DNA of 64,000 bases, from the NCBI GenBank assembly GCA_963807785.1, contig CAWEEC010000076.1, forward strand, positions 270 to 64,269. The letters are read 5' to 3'. The DNA comes from an uncultured Gammaproteobacteria bacterium. GTDB lineage: Bacteria > Pseudomonadota > Gammaproteobacteria > SZUA-229. Position 1 is the stretch's first letter; the number at the start of each line of letters is the position of its first letter. The notes below the pieces were generated by a model. The model did no database searches. It was given only the letters and a program-made list of their open reading frames with translations, and was not told the DNA's origin. Of this stretch, positions 29,007 to 38,068 are shown in pieces. The position numbers and the translations under genes are program-made.

Positions 29007-29468
29007 ATGAAGACGGCGTCGAACAATGCGGCTGGCGGCAAATTGAAAATACTGTTTTTATGCACCGGAAACTCCTGCCGCAGCCAGATGGCTGAAGGCT
29101 GGGCCCACGAACTCAAATCCGACGTGCTGGAGCCATACTCTGCCGGAATAGAGACACACGGGCTCAATCCATATGCCGTGCGGGCGATGAAAGAAGCGGG
29201 GGTCGACATTGCCGCACAACGCAGTACCAACGTATCTGATTATGCCGGGACCGAGTTCGACTATGTCATCACCGTCTGCGGGCATGCGGATGAACACTGC
29301 CCGATCTTCAGCGGCAAAGCCGTTGTTATCCACAAGGGTTTTGATGATCCCCCAAAACTGGCTGCGAATGCCAAAACAGAAGAAGAAAAAATGCGGCATT
29401 ATCGACGCGTACGCGATGAGATACGCTCGTATGTAGAAACCCTGCCGGAATCACTGCAGAATCATTAA
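29007..29468 (+). CDS. arsC: Thioredoxin-coupled arsenate reductase (LMW-PTP family)
   Basis: KILFLCTGNSCRSQMAEGWA, YSAGIETHGLNPYAVRAMKEAG and TVCGHADEHCP carry the three catalytic Cys as in Bacillus ArsC. The gene starts 1 nt after the activator stop. Confidence 0.85.
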   Translation: MKTASNNAAGGKLKILFLCTGNSCRSQMAEGWAHELKSDVLEPYSAGIETHGLNPYAVRAMKEAGVDIAAQRSTNVSDYAGTEFDYVITVCGHADEHCPIFSGKAVVIHKGFDDPPKLAANAKTEEEKMRHYRRVRDEIRSYVETLPESLQNH

Positions 29469-29519
29469 ATATAGGCCGGTTTTTCTGACACTCGATTGAT
29501 CCCCCAGGATACTGGCTTA

Positions 29520-29632
29520 ATAACTCTCACTCTCGCAGAGACGCAGAGTACGCAGGGGTATTTGTGGTTTACGTCTGGTGAAATAAACCTGGATTTAACT
29601 CTGCGATCTCTGCGCCTCCGCGAGAAAAAATA
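29520..29632. repeat. Core palindrome of the repeat family, copy D
   Basis: ACTCTCGCAGAGACGCAGAGTACGCAGG...CTGCGATCTCTGCGCCTCCGCGAGAAAAAA is the same arm sequence as copies A, B and C. Confidence 0.65.
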
Positions 29633-29739
29633 TTCAGTTACTGCCTCTGAGCGACTCCACTCAGACCGGACCACAGGACCATGTTTAATCTAAAATATTG
29701 CTGTGGTTATTTACCGATTGCGAATGATAATATTTAGCG

Positions 29740-30225
29740 ATGGTGTACTCAGAATTCAATCCGGATACCGGTCACGGTTTCATCGTGTTGAAACCCAATA
29801 ATTCGGCGACATGGCGCTTCAATATGATGATCGCGGCATCGCTGGCATTCATTGCTACGCTTATATCAACATTTTTCCTGCTGCAGGGCCTATGGTTAAT
29901 CGCACCATTCTCGGGCCTGGAAATACTCGCGCTGCTGGCCTGTCTTTACCTCTGCGCCCGCTCTAATATCCAGACTGAAGTGATTAAATTCAGTCCCGAC
30001 AAGGTCGTCATCGAACAGGGACGCACCTTTGCCGAAAAGTCATGGGAGTATCACAGGTCGTGGGCAAAAATATTTGTCAGGAAACCCAGGCACAGGGGCC
30101 ACCCTGACCAGGTCGTGATTCGCTCGCATGGCCAGGAGCTGGAGCTGGGTTCATTTTTAAACAAGGATGACAAGCAGACACTGGTCGACAAGCTGCGCAA
30201 AATAATTTATCGCCAGGAACTTTAA
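29740..30225 (+). CDS. DUF2244-family two-TM membrane protein
   Basis: LKPNNSATWRFNMMI..., two TM helices, then ...EVIKFSPDKVVIEQGR...ELELGSFLNKDDKQTLVDKL follows the DUF2244 layout. Confidence 0.5.
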   Translation: MVYSEFNPDTGHGFIVLKPNNSATWRFNMMIAASLAFIATLISTFFLLQGLWLIAPFSGLEILALLACLYLCARSNIQTEVIKFSPDKVVIEQGRTFAEKSWEYHRSWAKIFVRKPRHRGHPDQVVIRSHGQELELGSFLNKDDKQTLVDKLRKIIYRQEL

Positions 30226-30249
30226 TCGTTATTAAACGCTCTCAAGCGC

Positions 30250-30891
30250 ATGCTAGGTAAATTCTTATGGCTGCCTTTATTGCTTGCTTCAGTGCAGTTG
30301 AATGCTGACCCAATCGATCTTGACAAGAGAAATTTCGAACACATTCACTTCAAGCGGATACAACCTAACAGTGTCAGCTTCAATAATGATGTTATAGATT
30401 TCGAAGTCAATAACAGCTCTTCTTTTCTCCTGCTTGCCTTTGACGATGTCAGGAGCATCCGTACTGTGTCATTCCAGTGGAAAGCGAAAGGCATGCTCAA
30501 CAAGGACAGCGTGGCGCTCGAAAAAACACGAAAGGGCGATGATGCATGGCTCCGGGTTGGCCTGATCATCAAGGGCGAACCGCAACATCTGCCCGAACCG
30601 CTGTTACCGCGCTGGATGAAACAGGTCAGAAAAACCCTCAACTATCCAACCAACAGGATGGTTTACCTGATCCCCGATGCCAGGCACGCTGCCGGTGAAA
30701 CCTGGCAAAGCCCGTTCAGTTCGGATATCGACATGATTTCAGTAGCCAGCACCGTCAGGTCTGATAACTGGAATCAAGTCACTCATGTATTCACTGATGC
30801 GCAGCAAACCGTTGGCCTGTGGATCATGGCCGATGGCGACAACACCCGCTCAATATTCAACAGTCAATTGAGAAACCTTGTAATAGAATAA
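30250..30891 (+). CDS. Secreted DUF3047-like protein
   Basis: A signal peptide, then FQWKAKG...RKGDDAWLRVGLI...LWIMADGDNTRS resembles the DUF3047 conserved blocks. Confidence 0.45.
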   Translation: MLGKFLWLPLLLASVQLNADPIDLDKRNFEHIHFKRIQPNSVSFNNDVIDFEVNNSSSFLLLAFDDVRSIRTVSFQWKAKGMLNKDSVALEKTRKGDDAWLRVGLIIKGEPQHLPEPLLPRWMKQVRKTLNYPTNRMVYLIPDARHAAGETWQSPFSSDIDMISVASTVRSDNWNQVTHVFTDAQQTVGLWIMADGDNTRSIFNSQLRNLVIE

Positions 30892-31023
30892 GGGTTTCCA
30901 GTAAGTCGACATTAATTTGTAGCCATTTACATGTGCAGCATTGCAAACAAAACCGGGCACAGCGAAACCACAACAGCTGATCTGCCAGCAGGTACTCATA
31001 CAGCGTTCAGTCGCAAGGAGAAC

Positions 31024-31497
31024 ATGCTCAACGAGGCATTGCTTGAAGGTTTTCTACGCCATCAACACGACGCAGGAGTAAAACGCAGCCACCTGTTCAA
31101 TGGTCGATATGAAAATATCTACCTGACATGTGCGCACATTCCCCTGCTCAGGGACATGCTCGACGAAGCCTGTGAACATGCCAGCAAAATACTGCATACC
31201 GATGGTCTGCAGGCAGGCTGCTGGTTCAACCATATGCCACCCGGCGCTGTAACCACCGTGCACAGTCATGATGATGACGATGAACTGCTGTCTGCAGTGT
31301 ATTATGTTGCGGTACCCGAAAACTCGGGTAACCTGATCATCCACCAGGATTGCGAGCAATACATCATCACTCCGAAGCAAGGTCTGTTTGTTTATTTTGC
31401 CCCGGATGTCGTGCACGAGGTCAGTGAAAACATCAGCAACCATGAGCGCCTGTCCATCGGCATCAATTTCGGCAGGCGTCACATTGACAGGGACTGA
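31024..31497 (+). CDS. Small 2OG-Fe(II) oxygenase-superfamily protein (PF13759-like)
   Basis: AAGGAG precedes the ATG at 31024. HSHDDDDELLSAVYYVAVP...GLFVYFAPDVVHEVSEN...RLSIGINF gives an HxD...H facial triad pattern. Confidence 0.5.
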   Translation: MLNEALLEGFLRHQHDAGVKRSHLFNGRYENIYLTCAHIPLLRDMLDEACEHASKILHTDGLQAGCWFNHMPPGAVTTVHSHDDDDELLSAVYYVAVPENSGNLIIHQDCEQYIITPKQGLFVYFAPDVVHEVSENISNHERLSIGINFGRRHIDRD

Positions 31498-31501
31498 TAC
31501 G

Positions 31502-32059
31502 TTGCAGCGCTGCAGCTGGGCACTGGGCAGCAATCTGGAGCGGGACTACCATGACAGTGAATGGGGTGTGCCACTGCACGATGACCGCAGGCTGTTTGAG
31601 CTCATCACACTGGAAGGCGCGCAAGCCGGCCTCAGCTGGCTCACCATCCTTAAAAAACGGGATAATTACCGCGAGTTATTTGATGATTTTGATATCGAAA
31701 AAATAGCCAGATACAAGCAGCACAAGCTTGAGTCGCTGCTGAAAAATCCCGCTATCATCCGCAACCGGCTCAAGCTCGAATCCACCATCACCAACGCCAG
31801 GGCTGTTATCGAGATACAGCGGGAGTTTGGCAGTTTCGATGCTTACATCTGGCAGTTCACCGCTGGTAAACCGTTGCTAAATCGCTGGCAAAGCCACCAC
31901 GAAATACCGGCCACAACGGAGATATCAGATACCATGTCAAAAAATCTGAAATCACGCGGATTCAGATTTGTTGGCAGCACCATATGCTATGCCTTTATGC
32001 AGGCAACTGGCATGGTTAATGACCACACTATCGATTGTTTTCGATATCATCAATCTTGA
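31502..32059 (+). CDS. tag: DNA-3-methyladenine glycosylase I
   Basis: LQRCSWALGSNLERDYHDSEWGVPLHDDRRLFELITLEGAQAGLSWLTILKKR is the typical Tag N-terminus. TTG at 31502 is the likely start, just after the previous stop; the longer ORF from 31388 overlaps the upstream gene. Confidence 0.8.
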   Translation: MQRCSWALGSNLERDYHDSEWGVPLHDDRRLFELITLEGAQAGLSWLTILKKRDNYRELFDDFDIEKIARYKQHKLESLLKNPAIIRNRLKLESTITNARAVIEIQREFGSFDAYIWQFTAGKPLLNRWQSHHEIPATTEISDTMSKNLKSRGFRFVGSTICYAFMQATGMVNDHTIDCFRYHQS

Positions 32060-32151
32060 CTATTAAATATTAGCCGGTAAACAGATTCAGGGCTTACTCG
32101 CCAATCGAACTACGGGTACAATAATCAAAATTCTAATAACGGGCTATTTCA

Positions 32152-33108
32152 ATGATACAGTTCAGGGCCAGATACAGCCACTCAATACTCCTACAACTCA
32201 TCCTGCTCTCTATACTGCTGATACTCATTATTCTGATCAACCTGGATTTTATTTCTGAAATCTATTTCAAGAACCAGGCAACCCGACTCGGTTACATTGT
32301 AAACGGTGGCATCCTGGCTTTATTCGCATTAGGCCTGTTCAAGATCATCGCACTATTGATGCGCTACTCGCTTGAGGAATCAGCACTTGCCAAATTCTTG
32401 CGCAATGTCGAAAACGACGAAGTTCGGCCAACCGACAAAATCAGCAAGAATTCAATGATTGCACGCCGTTACAAGTCTGTGGTTGAGATCAGTAAACACA
32501 ATGTCGCCGTCAATCACAGCGCACTGGCATCCACCCTGATCGCATCGGAGAGCACACGGCTTAGCCTGCCCAAATTCATCAGTAATATTTTGATCCTTGT
32601 CGGCGTATTCGGCACCATCGTGTCACTGTCGATCGCTTTACTGGGCGCCTCCAATATAATCGATTCAGCCGACGGCCTGGGCAACATGGGCATGGTCATT
32701 CACGGCATGTCTACGGCCTTGTCAACAACCACGACCGCTATCGTGTGCTACCTGTTTTTTGGCTATTTCTATCTGAAGATTACCGATGTTCAGACACAAC
32801 TACTGAGTGGCATCGAACAGGCTACCACGCTCTACATCATGCCCCGGTTTACCTATCAAACCGACAGCATGTTGCATGAAGTCGGCAACCTGGTACGCAC
32901 ACTGCGTGAAGCCGCAGAAAAAATGAGCCAGGTTGAAGTCGATTTTGCAGATGCCGGAAGTCAAATGAATAACATGATGGCGAGTTATGCTGACAATATT
33001 GGCAATCTGGACCACAGTATCAGTGAAATAAAAGACCTGTTACGGCGCGGATTCAGGCTACCAGAAGCCCGCATGTTGCAGATGGCGCACATAGAACGAC
33101 GAACATAA
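32152..33108 (+). CDS. MotA/TolQ/ExbB-family proton-channel protein with a ~90-aa cytoplasmic tail
   Basis: Two N-terminal TMs and a soluble loop, then FISNILILVGVFGTIVSLSIALL and HGMSTALSTTTTAIVCYLFFGYFYL. This matches the GxxGTxxG and AL-TT blocks of the MotA_ExbB domain. Confidence 0.65.
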   Translation: MIQFRARYSHSILLQLILLSILLILIILINLDFISEIYFKNQATRLGYIVNGGILALFALGLFKIIALLMRYSLEESALAKFLRNVENDEVRPTDKISKNSMIARRYKSVVEISKHNVAVNHSALASTLIASESTRLSLPKFISNILILVGVFGTIVSLSIALLGASNIIDSADGLGNMGMVIHGMSTALSTTTTAIVCYLFFGYFYLKITDVQTQLLSGIEQATTLYIMPRFTYQTDSMLHEVGNLVRTLREAAEKMSQVEVDFADAGSQMNNMMASYADNIGNLDHSISEIKDLLRRGFRLPEARMLQMAHIERRT

Positions 33109-33302
33109 TTTCAAACAATTAATTGCGAATACAAACTCAGTTTATTTTGTTGTCGTCCTATTTGGTTTTATGAAAAATCTGCTGTTGCATCTCGAACGAC
33201 CCCCCGATCCATAGCTACTGCTATGGATCTGCAGGCGCTCATTCGACCTGCTTAAGCAGATTTCCCCTAAATCCCAAATGATCTGCAACATGCGGGTAAA
33301 TC

Positions 33303-34160
33303 ATGAACGACGATTTAAGCAGCGAAAGCTTCTGGCCTTCGTTTACCGACATCATGACTGTTGTCGTTATGATTTTTCTGATTACCTCCGTGGTTCTCAT
33401 GGTCAGAAACTGGGAGTTGATTGACCAGTTGCGCACCAGCATACTCGCCGAACAAAAAGCCTCGGAGATGATTCGTTCAACTGCCGAGGTGAATGAAACC
33501 CTGGAAGAACAACTGGCACAGGCGCAGCATGAACTGTCCGTTTTACGCATGCAGCTGATGCAGGCCAGTGAAGACAATGAGATGTTAAACCGGGTTCTGG
33601 CAGACAAGGAGCAGCAGATCGTGGTAATCATGACGGATAATCAGAAACTGCAGGGCACATTGACCGACACCGAGCAACGCGTCACCGATCTCGATAGCCG
33701 GCTGCAGCAGGTCATTATTGACCTGGACAAACTTCGCAGCAGCCACAGTGAGCAAAGCACCGAGCTTAAAACTGCCGAGGACAAACTGATCATTCTGTCA
33801 GAGGAAAAAGAAGCTCAATCGAGACAGCTGCTATCGCTGGAGACCGATTACAGCAACCTCAAGGTCAAGTATGACAAACTGGTTAAACCGGCCCGCACCG
33901 CCAAGGGTAAATATGTTGTTGAAGTGAACTATGAGAAAATCAAAGGCAAGGGCCGTATTCGCTTCAAGGATGCCGGTGACGAAAGTTATACCACTCTCAC
34001 AAAAGATGAACTGCATGAAAAACTCGCTGCAATAAAGAAAAAGCACCCGAAAGCGCTGTATATCAAAATCATCATTCCAGAAAAAAGCGGCCTTTCATAC
34101 AGCGAAGCATGGACATTTATGAAGGGTATTCTGCATAAATATGACTATTACTACGAGTAG
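33303..34160 (+). CDS. MotB/ExbD/TolR-type single-TM protein with a ~150-aa coiled coil and an ExbD-like C-terminal domain
   Basis: The N-terminus is SFWPSFTDIMTVVVMIFLITSVVL, a conserved Asp-containing plug/TM like MotB WxxxYADxMT. Residues ~45-190 are heptad-rich (EQLAQAQHELSVLRMQLMQ...LKVKYDKL). The C-terminus KYVVEVNYEKIKGKGRIRFKD...LTKDELHEKLAAIKKKHPKALYIKIIIPEKSGLSYSEAWTFMKGIL resembles the ExbD/TolR periplasmic fold pattern and has no OmpA motif. Confidence 0.55.
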   Translation: MNDDLSSESFWPSFTDIMTVVVMIFLITSVVLMVRNWELIDQLRTSILAEQKASEMIRSTAEVNETLEEQLAQAQHELSVLRMQLMQASEDNEMLNRVLADKEQQIVVIMTDNQKLQGTLTDTEQRVTDLDSRLQQVIIDLDKLRSSHSEQSTELKTAEDKLIILSEEKEAQSRQLLSLETDYSNLKVKYDKLVKPARTAKGKYVVEVNYEKIKGKGRIRFKDAGDESYTTLTKDELHEKLAAIKKKHPKALYIKIIIPEKSGLSYSEAWTFMKGILHKYDYYYE

Positions 34161-34295
34161 TGGTGGCAATACATCCCCGGTATGCCAGTTTGTAAACAAC
34201 AAATAGTTACCTATACTCCTGTTTAATTGAGAAAAAACCTGCACTGCTGGGTTGAATACCAGCTACAAGTCGGTAAATCTGATAACAGGTCTTGA

Positions 34296-34829
34296 ATGGT
34301 ACCCTCATTCCCCAACAATGCAGCCTTGATAGTCATCACCATGCTCCTGAACTGGGTGCTACCTGCAAATGCGGCGGACACCATGCATCCACTGATAACC
34401 TACAAATGCGACCCGGATGCTGATGTTCTGACCATAACCAACTCATTGCTCAAAGGTGACAAGGGTGCAAACTTCGAGTATTCAGCGCAACACGGTACTT
34501 ATTCACCCTGGGATATGGTTGAAGTAGCAAGAGAGACCGATTCGACCAGAATCATCAAGTCAAGCAAGGCATCAAATGCCTGCAAACTGGCCAGCGGCGA
34601 ATACACAGTCATACTGGAACCACAAATTTTCAGTATGACTCTGGATGGACAATGCGGTGGTTCTATCTCTGCTGCAGTAACCATTTTATTTGACGGGGCT
34701 GAATTGCTGGAACGCACAGCTTTTGAAGACTACTGCCATGGCAATGCCCCCATCATTACCCGCATCACCGTGTTCGGCCAGACCGGTGAATACAGGATAA
34801 AACGTATCGCCAAGTACAAGTTCTACTGA
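34296..34829 (+). CDS. Secreted hypothetical protein
   Basis: Signal-like N-terminus ending PANA, with four or more Cys. No similarity recognised. Confidence 0.4.
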   Translation: MVPSFPNNAALIVITMLLNWVLPANAADTMHPLITYKCDPDADVLTITNSLLKGDKGANFEYSAQHGTYSPWDMVEVARETDSTRIIKSSKASNACKLASGEYTVILEPQIFSMTLDGQCGGSISAAVTILFDGAELLERTAFEDYCHGNAPIITRITVFGQTGEYRIKRIAKYKFY

Positions 34830-35560
34830 TTGCCCGCCTGCCCGCGGTTAAATACCAGCTCGATATCCAGCTTGCCGACAACCCAGATGTCGATATCCGC
34901 GTAGGCCATGTTATCCCTGCTATGCAGCCGGGCTGTTACCGGGCTGGTACTAACCAATTTCAAGCCGGCCGGATATTCGACTTCAACACGAACACGCATC
35001 GGATAATAACCGTCCAGAAAGCGGCGCATAAACGGTCCGAGCCTCAGGTAATAGCGATTTTTTTCGTAGCTGAGTGCTCTTTTATCGGCAGAAATACAGA
35101 TCTTCGAATCCGCTGCTATGTCCATCATCTGCACCGTATGGCCCTCAACCCGGACGGATCCAATATTGACCACAGATATCACCTTGATATTACGAATAAG
35201 ATCTGCCTGGTATACAATTTGCGAGGCATGGACTCTGTCCAGATCGTTATGGCACTGATACATGGTCACCCAGCCATCTTTCAGGCTTTGTTCGGTGAGC
35301 AGCAGACGATTATGGTGAAAGTGCGCTGCCGACTCGGGCGCATGATCGAGCAGTTGCAGCTCGCCCTCATTGACATCCAGTGCCTGCTGTTGAATCGATA
35401 GTTCATTTTCGATCCGTGCCCAGTCATCTTCTACTTCTACCGCGCCCAGGCGCACAGGCGAGATAAAAACCGCCACTTCAAGCAGGAGTAAAAATATGCA
35501 GGGTATTTTTGCTTCAGCTCTTGATGAAAACCCGTTGTGCACGTTATTCTTAGCCCTCAT
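34823..35560 (-). CDS. Membrane-anchored or secreted hypothetical protein
   Basis: An N-terminal hydrophobic segment (IPCIFLLLLEVAVFISPV) followed by a beta-rich region. It is convergent with 34296..34829 and overlaps it by 7 nt. Confidence 0.4.
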   Translation of the reverse strand: MRAKNNVHNGFSSRAEAKIPCIFLLLLEVAVFISPVRLGAVEVEDDWARIENELSIQQQALDVNEGELQLLDHAPESAAHFHHNRLLLTEQSLKDGWVTMYQCHNDLDRVHASQIVYQADLIRNIKVISVVNIGSVRVEGHTVQMMDIAADSKICISADKRALSYEKNRYYLRLGPFMRRFLDGYYPMRVRVEVEYPAGLKLVSTSPVTARLHSRDNMAYADIDIWVVGKLDIELVFNRGQAGNQ

Positions 35561-35592
35561 TTGCTCACATTCTTATAATAAAGAGAACTTAC

Positions 35593-36258
35593 ATGAAGAA
35601 ATTCCTTGTATCACTTACTACCATGTTTGTCGTGCTGTGTATCAATACCTCATACGCGTACAGCGATTATTCTAAACGTTATAGCGACAAAGGTGACCGA
35701 TATCCTGAGAGAAGCAGCCGCTATGCCGATATCCCTGATCCCGAAAAGGAACTCAAGCAGGCTGTAACCAACCTGGAGAAATTTATTAAAGGAAAGGATG
35801 CCGCGCATCCCGGCATGTTGCGCGCATTTCTTGAATCAGAAATTTTCCCGCATTTTGACTTCGACGCAATGTCTGAATGGATCACTGGCCCCTATGCACG
35901 CTACATGAGCACAGAAGACAAGAAAAAGTTTCAGGCCAGGCTACAGGAAACGTTCCTCACTGCACTGGTCAGGCACCTTGGTGGATTTGATCCCGCCAAC
36001 ACAAAACTCAGTTTCGACAAAACCACTTTCAGAGCACGTGGTGAAGAAGCCATCGTCAGGGTCAATGTAATTCGTCCGGAACAACGACCAGCACGCCTTG
36101 AATTCGGTATGCGCCGCAATGACAGTAAATGGAAAATCGTCGACGTAAAAGCCAACGGAACCAGTGCAGTGCTCTATTACCGCAGGCACTTTATTGCAGA
36201 ACTGCGCGACTACAACGATCGTGATTTCGACGAAAGAAGACGAGATTACTCGCGCTAA
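35593..36258 (+). CDS. MlaC/Ttg2D-family periplasmic lipid-binding protein
   Basis: A signal peptide, then FLESEIFPHFDFDAMSEWITGPYARYMSTEDKKKFQARLQETFLTALVRHLG...WKIVDVKANGTSAVLYYRRHF follows the MlaC pattern. Confidence 0.6.
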   Translation: MKKFLVSLTTMFVVLCINTSYAYSDYSKRYSDKGDRYPERSSRYADIPDPEKELKQAVTNLEKFIKGKDAAHPGMLRAFLESEIFPHFDFDAMSEWITGPYARYMSTEDKKKFQARLQETFLTALVRHLGGFDPANTKLSFDKTTFRARGEEAIVRVNVIRPEQRPARLEFGMRRNDSKWKIVDVKANGTSAVLYYRRHFIAELRDYNDRDFDERRRDYSR

Positions 36259-36285
36259 TTCAACATCTTAAGCGGAACTAACAAT

Positions 36286-36325
36286 ACACCCGGAAGTCAT
36301 ATTGATTTCCGGGTGTAGTTATTTC
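36286..36325 (+). terminator. Hairpin terminator after the MlaC-like gene
   Basis: ACACCCGGAA-N11-TTCCGGGTGT followed by a T-rich tail. Confidence 0.55.
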
Positions 36326-36331
36326 CATATC

Positions 36332-36736
36332 ATGCAAAACAGCGAACATCAAAAGCAAAATACGGAAAACACGAGTCCTCGCCGCCTCAACGGCATGATT
36401 ATTCTTGCGCTGATCGTAACTGGCCTGATAATCGTTAGCTACAAACCTTCCATTGCGCGCGTTCACTGTAATGATGAAATCCTGGGCAACAAACCTGAAG
36501 TAATAATGCTGGGCACTTGGTGGTGCCCTTACTGTTACCAGGCACGCCGTTACCTGACCAATAACAACATCAGTTATTGTGAATACGATATCGAACGTTC
36601 TGCCGAAGGTGAAAGGCTTTTCAATGACGTCAATGGCCAGGCCATTCCTGTGTTACTCATTGATAAGTACATGATCAACGGTTTTGACGAAACGCGTCTC
36701 GAGCAAATCTTGAACAGGGTCAGAGCGTCTTCATGA
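36332..36736 (+). CDS. Membrane-anchored glutaredoxin-like protein
   Basis: An N-terminal TM, then LGTWWCPYCYQARRYL...AIPVLLIDKYMINGFD (CPYC thioredoxin-fold motif). The start is set at the ATG after the terminator hairpin. Confidence 0.6.
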   Translation: MQNSEHQKQNTENTSPRRLNGMIILALIVTGLIIVSYKPSIARVHCNDEILGNKPEVIMLGTWWCPYCYQARRYLTNNNISYCEYDIERSAEGERLFNDVNGQAIPVLLIDKYMINGFDETRLEQILNRVRASS

Positions 36737-37203
36737 TATTAAAAATAAAGCGTTTTTTCGAGCAGCACATCATCGTCACCGAAACTATCAGCGGCGACGA
36801 ATTGAATCACCAGTTGCAACTTGCCTGTGCAGCGCTGATGATAGAAGTCCTGTACGCAGATTATTCGGTTGAACCAGGTGAGCTCGATACCCTGCTCGAG
36901 ACACTGCAGGACAACTTCGATTTAACCAGGGATGAAGCGGCAAACCTTATTCAGCTGGCTGAAGAAGAAAGAGCCGAATCAACGGATTATTACCAGTTCA
37001 CATCGCTAATTAATGAATTCTATTCTCAGCAACAAAAACGCGATCTGGTGACACGGCTCTGGCAAATGGCCTACGCAGACCATACAGTGCATAAGTTTGA
37101 AGAACACCTGGTGAGGCGGCTGGCCAATCTTTTGCACGTGCCACACTCGGCATTCATACAGAGCAAGCATGTGGCTTCTGCGAAGCCAGGGACCAGGGAC
37201 TAG
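36733..37203 (+). CDS. TerB-family (tellurite-resistance-like) protein
   Basis: ACAALMIEVLYADYSVEPGELDTLLETL...RDLVTRLWQMAYADHTVHKFEEHLVRRLANLLHV is the TerB/COG4103 pattern. There is an ATGA overlap with the upstream gene. Confidence 0.55.
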   Translation: MILKIKRFFEQHIIVTETISGDELNHQLQLACAALMIEVLYADYSVEPGELDTLLETLQDNFDLTRDEAANLIQLAEEERAESTDYYQFTSLINEFYSQQQKRDLVTRLWQMAYADHTVHKFEEHLVRRLANLLHVPHSAFIQSKHVASAKPGTRD

Positions 37204-37248
37204 GTGCAGGTTCTAGGCACTCGGATCTAGAACCTAGTACCTGGCACT

Positions 37249-37986
37249 TCAGTGCAAAGTATCCCCCGAGCCCCACATCCTGTCATACCTTTCAACAACT
37301 TCACGCACATTCTCCGGGTAGCCGACAATATCCATTTGCTGCATACCCTCCCTGAAAAAGGCCCGCGCTTCCTGCGGCAGGTTTTTAACCAGTACGCCAA
37401 AGGCTTCATCCATCAGCGCCGGATCATGGCTACGCGTTGCCACGATGCCATAGTTCAGGTTGATGATGCGCCACGGACGCATCGGGTTGGTCTGCTCGAT
37501 GTCATGACGTATCTCGTCCGAACTTGCATCTATAATTTCGCGAATGACCTTTGCAAGCTCGGCAATTTGCAGGTTGTCCTGTAATTCATTGGCCCAGGCG
37601 GCAAGTGAATTAACCACCAGTTCGAGCTTGTTGATATGTCCGCCCTGCCTGGCAATCCACAGCGATACCGGTATAGCAAGACGCGTTAGTTCGCGGCTCT
37701 GGTGACCGCTAGCGGTTTCGACACGCTCTACCAGTGTTTCCAGCAGGCCAAGGGCAATATCACCTATCTCGCTGATCTCAGTATCGGATAATACCGGCTC
37801 GCCCTGCTTCACTGTCGCATCAGCATCGGCACGCTCCATCACATCGACCGCCTGCTCCATTGCCGCCAGCAGCTGCTGGGGGGTTTGTTCAGCTGCAGAA
37901 TCTGCCGTAATTTCACCAATATGCCCTGCGACTGCACTGTGCAGCAGCGTTCTGAATGATTTAGCATTAAAGGAAAAATCCATCAC
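37249..37986 (-). CDS. Conserved-looking hypothetical protein
   Basis: A 245-aa ORF with normal composition. It is convergent with the TerB-like gene across the inverted repeat AGGTTCTAG...CTAGAACCT (37208..37234). Confidence 0.45.
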   Translation of the reverse strand: MMDFSFNAKSFRTLLHSAVAGHIGEITADSAAEQTPQQLLAAMEQAVDVMERADADATVKQGEPVLSDTEISEIGDIALGLLETLVERVETASGHQSRELTRLAIPVSLWIARQGGHINKLELVVNSLAAWANELQDNLQIAELAKVIREIIDASSDEIRHDIEQTNPMRPWRIINLNYGIVATRSHDPALMDEAFGVLVKNLPQEARAFFREGMQQMDIVGYPENVREVVERYDRMWGSGDTLH

Positions 37987-38068
37987 CGGGTTTCACTCGC
38001 TTGTCGCATCAAAGTAAGCAGCAATGTAACATACACGCTTTATATTTGAAAAACCGGTGAAGATGATT

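Noticed and set aside
37239-37256. TGGCAC...GTGCA sigma-54-like element between the convergent genes
   Set aside because: The GG to GC spacing is one nucleotide short of GG-N10-GC. The site also lies between two convergent gene ends, where no promoter is expected.
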